From positions 10,455,888-10,519,887 of the forward strand of contig NC_092676.1 in NCBI RefSeq assembly GCF_964355755.1: 64,000 nucleotides of DNA, given 5' to 3'. Within the stretch, counting starts at the first letter, position 1, and each line of letters opens with the position of its first letter. Below, piece by piece: positions 39,473 through 51,983 of this stretch. The notes beneath the pieces were generated by a model. The model made no database searches, was not told the origin of the DNA, and was given only the letters and a program-made list of their open reading frames with translations. A program made the position numbers and the translations under genes. The stretch is from Antedon mediterranea. Lineage: Eukaryota > Animalia > Echinodermata.

Positions 39473-40442
39473 TTAAAAGAGTTTTTACATGAATCCGGCG
39501 TTGACGCTTTGTTTAAGGCACACTCTACTAGAGCAGCAGCTTCTTCAGCAGCAGGGTGTATGTCAGTCCCGATAAATGAAATTATGGCTGCCGCAGGTTG
39601 GAATTCTGAAAAAACCTTTAGAGATTATTATTATAAAAAACCTATTTTACATACAATGAGCATGGAAAACTCGTTAAGTAAAACATTTGAGAACATGTAG
39701 GTTCTCTCTCTTTTCTTCATGATACTTGTATTGTAACACTTAAGAAGTTGTGTTAAAGTTGTTAGATGATTAAATGTTAATAAAGATTACAAGTTTATGA
39801 AAATACAGCATGATGCATTTGACTAACATGTTTGACGATTGACTGTTTATGTATCATGTTCACCAAAGATGGCTTTAAACATCTCAGTTTGCACCGAACG
39901 TAATATGAAATAAAATAGAAAGATTAAACGAGACTTACCTGTAAGTTGAAGTTTGATCACTATTTTATGAATATGGTGAGTGAGGTGTAAACTGCCCTCC
40001 TCGCCCACCCATAAATAAGTTGTATTCTGTAGTACAGAATACGATATTATGACGTTCGATGCATTTTTTCTCTGGTTCCATGATCCAGAGTTAAAATATG
40101 ACTGGTTACTGTGCATGCGCTGGTTCGGGATCTCAGTTTACACCTCACTCACCATATTCATAAAATAGTGATCAAACTTCAACTTACAGGTAAGTCTCGT
40201 TTAATCTTTCTATTAAATATGATTTTATTAAGCATAGAAATGTTTTATTATTTATGTACATATGTAAATATACAAAATAATGTTCATTTAATTCATTGTT
40301 CTATAAAAGGCACTATGTGCGTGCAATACTCTTTGACTTGGATACTCTTGTTTGATTTAAGTTTTTGTGGCTAAACTCATCCTTTTTTAACATAAATTCG
40401 GAAGATTTTTGCTATAAAAGTTAGGTTTTCATAATTAATTAA

Positions 40443-41064
40443 AGACCCCTTCCCTGCAATTTTTGACGTTTTTTGGAAAATAATACATATCACTTTAAAA
40501 ACATTAAACCATGTCATTCCTTGTCTTAAATGTACGTTTTATGGTAAATTATGATAAAAAGTGAGAAACAATGCACTACCTAAGTAGCTCGCTGCGATCG
40601 ACCTCTCGTGGACGGTCTTAGGCCTAGCCTGGCTAGGCTTAGTTTTGTAGGCCTAGCTGGTAAACATTGGTAACGTACGAACATCGTACGCTAGCTATAT
40701 ACCTAGCCTGACGTTGTATAGTTGCTGCATTAATTGTCTTTCTATTTTTGCCAGACTCCGTTGATACAAATTGGGGAAAACCCGGTATTTTCGCTGAAAA
40801 GTTAGGAGTCTTCCATTTGTTTTGGCCTCACGATCGATCGAAAAGTGGGCGAATTACAGGTGAAAAACAAAAATATCAATCCGTGCGCAATGCATTTTGG
40901 GATTTATAGCGGGCCGCTATAATTATTAAAATCGACTTATTTTTCACATTTTTAACCGTTTAAAGACGAAAAAAGTTATTGCAATAGGACCATATAGTAT
41001 TATTTTGACATTAAATATAGTTTGTGATCTTAAATTAGATCTAAAAAACGTAGGGAATGGGGCT
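40443..41064. mobile_element. Kolobok-type MITE, copy 2
   Basis: Reverse complement of 24531-25148 with TTAA flanks. It interrupts the right arm of the foldback element. Confidence 0.87.
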
Positions 41065-42241
41065 TTAACAATTCTACTCTCGTTTGGTAGGTATTGCAAC
41101 ATTCTGAGTCTCGTTTTTGTTTCCATTTGGTGTTTAGTAGGACCGCGCTTGCGAACGACAACAGTCGTTCACGTGGGAAGGGCCGTATGACATCGCCTTT
41201 GAGGAATTAGACGATCGGGCGCTGCATGACCCTCCCCATGTTATTGGAGGCACCATAAGAAATAATGTTATTAGCGATGGTATTAGTAGGCTTTACAAAA
41301 AACAAAACTTGTAGACCTTGAGACAACATTTTATTATTTTAACATGTTTGAGATGTTCGGCGATATCACACAAGTGTGTACTGACGTCGATGTAAACAAA
41401 CAGTCAACTTACTACTTCCGTCTGTGAGTGTATTGCATTTTGGGTAATGATGACGTTTTGCTTGACGACCACCCATAGATTTAACCGGTTATTTCGGAGC
41501 ATAAATTGAGCAGAAACGCGGTCTTGTTATTGTTATCTATTTTTAATCTTATTTAAAATAACCGGTTAAATTGCGTTATGCAGCAGAAACAGACCCTAAG
41601 AAATGGTTCTTACATGCAGTCACTAATAATAATAATAATAATAATAATAAATTCTTTATTTTTGCAACGGAAAAATTTCTTCCATGAGGCTGTATAACAT
41701 TGTCACACACAGTATTGTAATAAAAATTAAAATCAAGGTTAAAATAAAAAAAGCAAAAATATAAAGTTAGTAAATTAGACAAACAACAACACAAGAACAC
41801 ATAATTTAACCAATATTTTAAGGGTATTTTAATTTTTCAAATTATTGTTTAGGTTATTCCACAGCCGATACTGTATGTTAAAGAGATAGAGATATTAATT
41901 GTGATTATTATATAATTATTGTTCACTATAATATCTCTATGTTAAAAACTTATTTTTTTATATTCTGTATTTGGCTTGGGTAGGTAAAGGTCATTTGATG
42001 ACCTTGTGTTGTATTGTATTCATTCTGTCTTTGTAAAAACATATTTCTTAATGTGAATTCATTATTTCATACCATAACATTTTCATTGAAAATAATCTTA
42101 TCTCCAAGACTAGGCCATTGAAGTTACTCACATGCTTGTGTACTGGAATCATATTTCGTTTTTTTGTTATATTAATAATCAAATACTATACTAATTACTA
42201 AAAAATGAAAATGAGAAACTTTTCAATGGGCCTTCTCTTAC

Positions 42242-42367
42242 CTTAATAGCTTTTAATATTTTTGAAAAGGTTGGCGTATCCTGAATCAAGTCATCCCATA
42301 CGTTACTATGAATCTGAAGACGATGAAAATTGACAGAGTTTGTTACAATTCCCAGCTCAAATAATTG
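42242..42367 (-). CDS. C6orf118-like protein, exon
   Basis: Reads QLFELGIVTNSVNFHRLQIHSNVWDDLIQDTPTFSKILKAIK. Bounded by tttcag and GTAAG, phase 0 at both ends. Confidence 0.87.
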
Positions 42368-42547
42368 CTGAAAAGAAAACAGATATAATGATTCGCATCT
42401 TTTATAATTCAGTAAAACTATAGAGGGTGCTGTTTAGCATTTTATGATTATCATCATTAAGTCAAGTAGTAATGAGCAGAACTATAAATCTTAAATTGGA
42501 TAATCATCTAAAGAATGCTTTCTAACACATGAAGGTCAAGTAGTATA

Positions 42548-45500
42548 TTATTAGTTATCCGCACTTGGCGGATAACTCCTTGTGATTGTATGGGATCATC
42601 ATTTTTTATTTTTTTTTCTGTATTATTAGTTATCCGCTTAGTAGCGGATAACTCCTTGTAATCGTCCTGTTTCATCAAATTTTTTTTTTTCTGTATTATA
42701 CTTCTTTCTTTCTGTCATTTTTGTGCGTCGCGTTTCTCTAAAACGTGTAGACAGAACATATCGTAACTTTGTCAACATATCGACATTTACGTGAACTTGT
42801 GCACCTCCTATTTTTGAATGACGTCAGAGTTGCGCAACGTGACTTACGTGCGATTATATGAATTTCAATGATTGATCATAGACTAAAAACCAAACATAAT
42901 TTTGTTTTGAAACTTTGTGAAAATTTAAGTCATATCAAGCGCAAACTTTCTATGGATTAAAAATAGCATGTTTCACAAAAAGTTACGCGCGCACGCGCGT
43001 TTAAAATTTTAACGTGCGAAATATAAACTTCTAATCAACTTTCTATGCGTTTCATGTCATTTTGAGCATGTCAAAAATTCCCACGCGCGCGAACATTTTT
43101 ACGCACGCGGTGCACACGTAGCGTTAAAAACATATTTTTTTCGCGTGATTTATGTTTTTTCAGCCTTTTCTAGTAATGTTACCAAATTTTAAACAATTTC
43201 GACTTAAAATTACGTCATACGAGCACGTCGAATTAGATAATTTGCACGCGTATTTGGTGAAAAAGTTCAAAAATTCGTCAAAATTATGCCTATTTTTAAA
43301 CAGTCATAGATTCTAAACTACATGGAGAACTTTTTTTTAATTACATATTCTGGAAGTTGATGAGTTGTAGATATCGGATCATGCATTAATATGGCTAACC
43401 GGACATTTTGACGTCATCGTATGGCCACGCGAATATAAAATATAGGATTTTTGTCTCTTTCGTCATAGCTCATCACATTTAATAGAGCGCATCTCCACTT
43501 ATTCGTTGTCCATTTTCATTCCGATTTTAATATATTTTAGATCTATCAACTATCTTTTGCATGAATTAAAAATTTTTTAATTTTTTTAACGTCATCATGC
43601 CTAAAAATTTAAATTACGTTGGTCATTAATTTCATCTTTACAGTAAATTTTAATCTGTTATGCCTCGTAAGAATAAAATGTGATAATCACAATTAAAACG
43701 TTTTCAGGAAGCTATTGTATTGTAGATACAAAATCATGTGTAAATTGTGCCAATTGAATGTTGTGACGTCATCATATGGCCAGTTAAATAAAAAAAGTCG
43801 TATTTTCATCTTTTGCATTATATTTCATTACATTTAAAAGAGCGCGCATCAATATTTCACGTATTCAAATTTCTTCTACACATTAATACGTTGTTGCTGA
43901 GATAATTTCATTCAGAAATTTCTACTTTTACATTTCATTTTGAAACCGTCAAGATGTTAAAAATTACAATAAAATACGGGTCCCGTAATTTCACCTATTT
44001 TACACTGTTTGTGATATGTATACAGATTGTACTGTGTATACTATATGACACAAAATAACAGAATTCAGAAATAACAACATATCATATTCTTCAGTTCAGG
44101 TCATAATGCCTTAATATTTTTCTGTGTGCAATATTCTAACGTATGACGTGCACGTGGCGTTTGTCGAGCGGATAACTAACTCGTCAATGTGACGAGTTTC
44201 ATGTCTAGTTCTTATTTCTTTCCTTCCATTTTTGTGTAGAGCGTTTCTCTAACATGTGTAAACGTAACATTTCATAACTTTGACAACATGTGGGCATTTA
44301 TGTGAAGTTGTGCACCTCCTATTTTTGAATGACGTCAGAGTTGCGCAACGTGACTTAAGCGCGATTTTATGAATTTCGCGTATTTAACATAGGTCAAAAA
44401 CCAAATAACATTTTGAATTGAAAATTTGCAGAAGTTTAATTTATATCGTGCGCTAACTTTCTGTGGAAAAAAAATTGCTAGTTTTACACAAATTTACGCG
44501 CGCACGCGCATTTAAATATTGAAAATGCGAAAAAACAATTTCTAATCGACTTTCTACGCGTTTCATGTCATTTTGAGCATGTCAAAAATTCCCACGCGCC
44601 CGCAATTTTTTACGCGCGCGGTGCGCACGTAGCGTTAAAAACATTGCTTTTTCGAGTGATTTATGTTTTTCCAGCCTTTTCTAGTAATTTTACAAACTTT
44701 TAAACAATTTTGACTTAAAATGACGTTATACGAGCACGTAGAATTGAACAATTTGCCCGGGTTTTTGATGAAAAAAATCAAAAATTCGTCAAAATTAAGC
44801 CTTTTTTTAAACAGTCGTAGTTTCTATACTAAACAATGAAAGTTATATTTATTACATATTCTGGAAGTTGATGAGTTGTAGATATCGGATCATGCATTAA
44901 TATGGCTAACAGGACATTGTGATGTCATCGTAAGGCCACGCGAATATAAAATTTAGGATTTTTGTATCTTTCTTCATAGCTCATCACATTTAATAGAGCG
45001 CATCTCCACTTATCCGTTTTCCATTTTCACCCCGATTTTGATATTGTCTAGGTCAATCAACTATCTTTCGCATGAGTTAAAAATATTTTTATTTTTATGA
45101 CGTCATCATGCCTAAAAATTTAAATTACGTGTGGCATAAATTTCATATTTACAGTAAAATTTAATCTGTTATAGCTCGTAAGAATGAAATGTGATAATCA
45201 TTATTAAAACGTTTTCTGGAAGCTATTGAATTGTAGATACGAAATCATGTGAACATTTTGCTAATCGGATGTTGTAACGTCATCATATGGCCAGTTATAT
45301 AAAAAAAATCGTATTTTCATCTTTTGCGTTATAATTCATTACATTTAAAAGAGCGCGCATCAATATTTCACGTATTCAAATTTCTTGTACACGCTAATAT
45401 GTTGTTGCTGAGATAATTTCCTTCCGAAATTGCTACCTTCGCGTTTCATTTTGAAACCGTCAGCATGTTAAAAATTGGAATAAATAGCGGGTCCCGTATT

Positions 45501-45728
45501 TTCCCCTATTCTACACTGTATGTGATTGTGATATGTATACAGATTATACTGTGTATACTATATGACACAAAATAACAGAATTCAGCAATAACAACATAAT
45601 CATATTGTTCAGTCCAGGTCATAATGCCATAATCTTTTTCCGTGTGCAATATTCCAACGTATGACGTGCTCGTGGCCTTTGTCGTGCGGATAACTAACTC
45701 GTCAAAGTGACGAGTTTCATGTCTAGTT
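42548..45728 (+). mobile_element. Helentron-associated (DINE-1/HINE-like) element, outer copy
   Basis: 5' subterminal IR ttagttatccgc with adjacent partner gcggataac. 3' end has gcggataactaa, stem-loop aactcgtca-aag-tgacgagtt and ctagtt. No TSD. Confidence 0.85.
42623..44210 (+). mobile_element. Helentron-associated element, inner copy nested in a relative
   Basis: Same terminal structures as the outer copy. Its body (42700-44210) is homologous to 44211-45728. Confidence 0.85.
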
Positions 45729-45734
45729 ATAAAT

Positions 45735-45900
45735 AAAGCTTGAAGTGCTTACTGGATTGTTAATGTTAAAGTTGATTGAAATTAAAGCTTTATTTTTTAG
45801 TCAATTTTACAACTTTGTGGATTTTGTGTGTATACTTTTATGTCACAAGGGAGTTCCTAAAGTATTTTCAACCGCTCGGAAACATACGTAAAGGGAGTTT
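45735..45900 (+). mobile_element. LTR fragment
   Basis: Near-identical to 48635-48796 of the solo LTR. Confidence 0.7.
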
Positions 45901-46461
45901 GATTCTTCTCTTGCCTACAATTTCGCTGGCTGGCATTATAAAACATTAATATATAACTAAAAATGATTATTCAGATAATAGTTACTGTACATAGCATAAG
46001 ATAAGATACTAGTTACTGTACAACTTGACATTCTGCTCTGCATCAAGCATTATTGCTTAATATAAACCTGTTTCAAGTTAATTACAATCAATTTTAGGTG
46101 GAAGAAATGGGTTAAGGAGATGATCTTTACATTGAAGGAGGAAATAGAATTGTCTTTTTTGAAAAGGAACATTGTTAAATTGAGATAAATCATAGAGTAG
46201 GTTTGAGGAGGAGCAGTCATGACAAATAATATTATCGAAAAGGAATTCACAGAGAGGAAGACTCTATTCTAAGAGCAGTAAGAATATTCAATAGCCGGTT
46301 GGATAGGTTTACAACATATTATGTGTTATAACACACCTGATTCATTCAACTTCATTCATTATTTGTATATTTGTCACCCTTTCCTATTTTACTAAATTTA
46401 AAAACTGGGTCTTGAGAATAAAAAGTGATAACCACTTTTGTCTAGGCCTAATGTACTGTAC

Positions 46462-47156
46462 CTCATGCAGTTTTCTTTCAAGATGCTGCACAGCTTGCCT
46501 CCCTGATAGTATGTCTTTCTCATGCATCTCAGCTTTCCTCAAAATTGTGTTATCAAATTCTCTCATTCTTTCAAACTGATCTTTCTTGGTAATAGCACCT
46601 AAGTGTGTTGTCACAAACTGCCGTTTTTCATACTTTTCTCTCCGCTCATTTTGAATCAAGGAATGTTCAGAAAACTGGGATTTTCTATGATCAAGGTTTC
46701 CGCTACTTGGTAGCATTAGGTCAGGCACCTCAAGTTCTTCAATAAACATGTTATCACTAATGTATGATGCCATAGAGTTTGGTCTTAGTCTGCTGGCAGT
46801 TGCCTTTTCTCTATATTTAGAAGGAGATTTTGATTTTTTCTTTGTTGAAATGTTTGGTAAAGGAAGACTACCAGATGTACCAACACTAAAGTCGTACAAT
46901 GCCTTTGACATATTTTTCTCTTTCTCTGCCGATGTTCCTGGAGATGGAAGTTTGCTAGGTTGACGTAGTAAAAGTGCATCCTCGGAATAACTTTGCCATG
47001 GCTTGTGTGTTGCAATTTCTTTAGGTTTCTGTAAGCAATTATGATTTAAATGTCCTGAACAAATTATGTCGATGTCATTTTTCTGGGCAATACAGAAACT
47101 TTCAAGCAAATCATGAAGTTGCCTATCATTTGATGACATTATCAATAAGTTTGAAC
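46462..47156 (-). CDS. C6orf118-like protein, large exon (ATG at 47139 gives about 476 aa)
   Basis: Lies in ORF 46384-47145. HLGAITKKDQFERMREFDNTILRK..ILSGRQAVQHLERKLHE resembles C6orf118 as I recall it. Acceptor tttatag, donor GAG/GTACAG. Confidence 0.85.
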
Positions 47157-48322
47157 CTATAAATAAATAAAAATAAATTAATATTCAGGATTTGAGAGAA
47201 TCCATTAACGCCATTTTAGTTAGTGTCTGATAAATACTGTACAAACAGGTGTCATTGTGTAATGACTTGAACAACACATTCCAACCTCAAATTTGAGGAG
47301 ATTTACATATTGATTTGACACGTTTGAAGTCATCGTGAACCCGGAAATTAGTTCGACCACGTACAATTGAAATTGAATTGAAAATCTACCGATAAAATGA
47401 GAAATTTTGTTTTAAAACCCTTTATAATATCTTCCTAAGATAGAAATATGGAACAATATCGAATAGTGAAAATTATATTTCACGGTACATCTGAGATAAA
47501 TCAGGTGGGTATCCAAGGCAGAGATTTGTCCCAAAGTTTTTGAACACATACGGTAAGCAGTTTGTTTTTCTCCTTCCCGGAAGGAGAAAAACAACTACCT
47601 CTACTGTGTTAATGATTAAGGTGTACAATATTTTTGAAATTAGCAAAACTACATTTTTTGGTGTAGGGGGCCCTAGGCCTATATTAATTAGCATTATTAA
47701 TATTAGCATGACCGGGCTAGTAGGTCTGGTATAATGGAGATTTACAAACGATACACTTTAGCTATATAGGTAGGCAGCCTAGGCGGCGCTAATGCAGTTT
47801 CGCACCCACCCCTTAAAATTACTCTAAATCTTCATCCAACCTACTAACAAGTTGTCTACAACATCATGCAAGCATACAATTGTAAAAAAACGATAATTTG
47901 TTAATTATGACTGTTTTTAATCAATTAATATTGAGCACTCTTCAGAAATACATGATCATCGCCAGCTTAGCTTCTCGAAAATCATCACTAGGCCTGCCGA
48001 TAAAAGTGTGGAGGCCTCACAGGACATTAATTGAGAGAGTAAACGGTTGTGCTCTATAGAGGACGTAGTTACTCATGTTTAAAGCATGCACGCACTAAAT
48101 AATTTACATTATTTCCTAATTTCGTATTTCTAATAAAGAAATAATATACAATTGTTGTATTCATCATTTTGTGTATCATCATCATGTTATATTTTTAATT
48201 TGTTCTTTTTTAATAGTAGAATTTCACACAGGAAAGAAGATAAATATGGGAATCTGACTCTTGAAGATATAACTACTTCTTACTGACCAATTTTCATCTG
48301 TTGTAGTTTACATTATGGTCGG

Positions 48323-48801
48323 TGTAATTTAAAATTACCATTCCTTAACATGAACATTCTAGAATAAGATGTTTTGATTTAAGAAGCCATGTATAATTAA
48401 TATAAGAACAATCAGGAACATTCAAGAAGTGCTATTAATAGAAACTGTAATCCAACAGAATAAGAAGTATAAGGAATGATCTAGAAGGTTATGAACATAT
48501 TGTATATAAAGGGAAGTATGACAATTGGAAAGAAGAGAGAAGGATTTTAGTTTGAAGCATTTATTTTGAAGAAGGTTGTTGGATATTAGAGGTTGGATAT
48601 TCGATTGTAAAAGTTATTGTGAAGCTGTTGTTTAAAGTGCTTAATACTGGATTGTTGAAAGTTGAAGTTGATTGAAATTAAATCTTAGTTTTTGAGTTAT
48701 TTTACAACTTTGTGGATTTTGTGTGTATACTTTTATGTCACAATGGAGTTCATAAAGTATTTTCAACCGCTCGGAAACATACGTAAAGGGAGTTTGTGAC
48801 A
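48323..48801 (+). mobile_element. Solo LTR (479 bp)
   Basis: TGTAAT...GTGACA termini, exact 5-bp TSD gtcgg, internal tatataaa. Confidence 0.88.
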
Positions 48802-49005
48802 GTCGGTAGGTCATAAAAATATATGAAATGAAATAAAAAGAATTACAGTAGGCCTACTTCGTTCAGTCTTGAGCTACATTGTTAATGTTATAACACAATA
48901 AACAAGAAGCTTATGACAATTTAATTGTTTTAGTAATGTTATCACTAATGTTATATGGTTTCTTAGTTTTAAGATTTGTATAGCATATTAACATTTTTTA
49001 TTTAC

Positions 49006-49028
49006 CTATGAAAGACCTCTTTAAATAC
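49006..49028 (-). other. Candidate 23-nt micro-exon of the C6orf118-like gene (UTR or coding YLKRSFI)
   Basis: tttcttatttccag|gtatttaaagaggtctttcatag|gtaaat. Open in the phase required by the downstream exon. Confidence 0.55.
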
Positions 49029-51983
49029 CTGGAAATAAGAAATGCAACAAAAACAGAAAGATATAATTTATTGAAATGTAATGTACAGTGATATATAATT
49101 ATAATAAAAATGTGATATGAAGCATTTTCCATCTAATTTATTACTAGAATTTATTTTACTTCTGCTGAAACTCGGAATACACCATTTCATGTCTTTCCCT
49201 TTTCTTTTTGTTTATCTTCTTTTATGTTGTGTAAATCTACTATTTTTTTAACATAAAAACAAATAAAATATAACATTAAATAATGATGCAACTATTCATT
49301 TATTTATTTCAACACTATTTTACGAGGGTGGTGGTCTATCCAGCCAAAGCTGATCATTATGGACCCTCACAAAAATACAATTTGACAAGACGATAACATA
49401 CAACAATTAAAAATTAAATTAAAATAAATAGAATTTCCAAAAATTAACAACATAATTAAACACAAAAACAAATTCTGTATAAAAACACAAAGAACATGTA
49501 AAAATATACTATTATATATAACATTATATATGGCTCTGATAGTAACCATAACAGCGTTCTCTATAGATCGCCAACATTCTTGATGTCCTGTGAGGCCTCT
49601 GTACATTTATCGGCCGGCCTAGTGATTATGTTCGCGAAGCTAAGCTGGCGATGTATTTCTGAAGGGTGCTCAATTATTAATTGATTAAAAATAGTTATAA
49701 ATACAAAAATTTAGATTTTTTACAATTTTATGCTTGCAGAATGTTTTAGACAACTTGTGAGTACTGTAGGTTAGATAAAGTATTGAAACAATTTAGAGTA
49801 ATTTTAAGGGGTGGGTACGAAACTGCATTAGCGCCGCCTAGGCTAGGCTGAGTAGTAGCCTGGACGCGATTTTTTTTCCGTACATAAGTTGGGGACCCCT
49901 CATGAAACGTCACAAAATAAACATGAATAATTCATCAGTTAAATTTGTTGTTCCGTGTGCACCCAAGCGTATAGCAACAAGTGATTACAACTGCGATACG
50001 ATTCTAGGCCTATCTCCGCTGTGGTTGCGGCGAATTTCTTTGTAGCACATGTCGCCTACAATTTAAAACCATAGCCAATTGTTTATAAGTATAGAAATAA
50101 ACTACATAAAAGTAAATTGTAAGAAGTAAAGGATGGCGGTAGGCTTTTTTAGGCTTATTTTAGGCTTATTTTAGAGCCTATATATAAAAAGTGTCCGTTT
50201 TTTATTTTATATGTTTGCTATGTGTTTTTTATCTATAATATTTGCCCATTGTTTATTATCTAAATTTGTGAATAAATACAATAAGATATTCATTTTCCTG
50301 TATTGTATTTAAACTTTAACATTTTCCCCATTGTATACGATTGCTGTTTTACTTAATCGCCAGTTTCAAAAATGTTTTCTAATGTATTCATAAATAGACA
50401 AATAATGTATCAGTATCAGAATATTTAGTGTGGTTGGTGAACGACAGTACTATGTAAAGAAAAATTTAAAAAGGAAAATAAATATTTCATTAACCAACGT
50501 ACTATGAACCACTAAACAAAAAATCTTGCCGCAACGTATCATATTGACGCGCGCAACATAAGAAAATACTCATATATCTATTTTGCATCCCCTCACGACA
50601 GAGAACATCATTATGATGAACGTCGGTCTCCACTTGTGATGGCACACAAGGTTATTTCATTACGGCGCACTTTGCGTCGATACCTTGCGTCGATATGAAA
50701 ACCAATTTCAGCTCTTAAAATATTTCCTGGGCCGATGACAGTTCGTCCCAATAGCTTACCGTGAACTAACGGAAATTTATTTTATAAATCAAAAATAATA
50801 CTGTATTCAATTAATTATTATTTGACAAAAGGCTAATAGGCCTATGTAAAACGAACAATATAGGCATCACATTCTGAAAATTGTGCTCGATTGTTAACCC
50901 GTTATAATAGTATAATTCTGTTAGATTTGTTTGTGTAATGTCAATTCTATATTTAAATGGTCATTACGGTAACCTGTTTCTTCAATTTTGTTAAATTTAT
51001 ATTTTATTTTCTTAATGGAGACTCATGGCAGGGATATGCAAACATTTAGAAGCGGGACGTCGACAATCTGTTGAAAATTGGGAGACTGTTTCGTCTCATC
51101 CACAAGCCACCTGAGTTAGTAAAGTCCGATAACAATTCACCATCACTTAGATTTATAGAGAGTATCTCTTTTTGTATTCACCACGGGCAATGCTTGAAAA
51201 CAAAAGTCAGTTTCTTTTTATTTTACTTTGATGATGAGGACAATTGTGGATGGCGGAACTGGAACTTCATTAAACATGTCTTTCTTTTTTTTAAAACCAG
51301 TTTTAATATCGTCACTAATCACATTGCAACAGTAACAAAATCGGCAACTTGTAATTTTGGAGCGAATATTTTTTTATTTCAATCTTTTTTTTGAATGGCT
51401 TATTGTCTTTGTGAACGTTGACATAATTAAATGTTATTCGGAATTATGGAAGCTGTGAAACAGATGATATGTCGCAGGTAACGATCGATTTATAACCAAA
51501 ATTTGCAGAACGCTGATTCCTATCGTTCATTCTTTTTAGCTTTTTGTCAAATCATAATTTGGCCCGGGAAATATTATAAAGAGCTGGAATTAGTTTCCAG
51601 ATCGACGCAAAGTGCGCATTAAGAACAAACTTGCGTGTCATGACGTGTTCAACACCGTTTCTGCTTTACGTTCATCATAATGATTCTCGATCGTAAGAAA
51701 AGATGCTGTAGTACTGGCTACAATGGGGAAAATGTAAAAGTTTTATAAACTACACAGAATATAGGAAAATAAATATTTTATTGTATTTATTCATACATTT
51801 AGACAATATGCAAATATAATAGATATCAACATACAGTATTTAAATGCAAAAAAAAAGAATATTCACGCGTATTAAGCCTAACATTTTTAAAAACAAGTGT
51901 AAAATCTATGATACGGACACTTTTTATATAGGCTCTAAAATTAGCCTAAATAGGGCTACAATTTACTTACTGTAGTTTATTTC

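Larger units (their letters stand above)
35580..39700 (+). pseudogene. DIRS tyrosine recombinase, split by two insertions
   Basis: Reconstructs as SYSAVNTARCALS..SAQRCQTI..IKPY|NPVSKDTVSRWL|KEFLHESGVDALFKAHSTRAAASS..AAGWNSEKTFRDYY (R, HxxR, W and Y residues present). There is a TGA at 35916 and a frameshift near 35665. Confidence 0.93.
30968..40214 (+). mobile_element. DIRS1-type tyrosine-recombinase retrotransposon, full length, inactivated
   Basis: Left ITR 30995-31037 pairs with right ITR 40097-40139. The internal complementary region 39881-39994 matches both the left end (30968-31004) and the right extension (40135-40214). Domain order is gag-RT-RH-MT-YR. Confidence 0.96.
30653..41197. 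mobile_element. Foldback TIR element inside the Harbinger element
   Basis: Arm 30677-30890 is the imperfect reverse complement of 40300-40442 plus 41065-41145. Termini ggcg..cgcc, flanked by duplicated tttga. Confidence 0.65.
30160..41596. mobile_element. PIF/Harbinger-type element (outermost host of the nest)
   Basis: TIRs gggcctgtttctgctgcataa and ttatgcagcagaaacagaccc with a TAA duplication. A degenerate Myb/SANT-like remnant (TRYVIQLWG..KVRGRMAG at about 30490-30650) resumes as FEELDD after 41197. Confidence 0.78.

Noticed and set aside
51000-51400. Possible transposase remnant inside the foldback element
   Set aside because: I could not identify any recognisable motif by eye; a translated search is needed.
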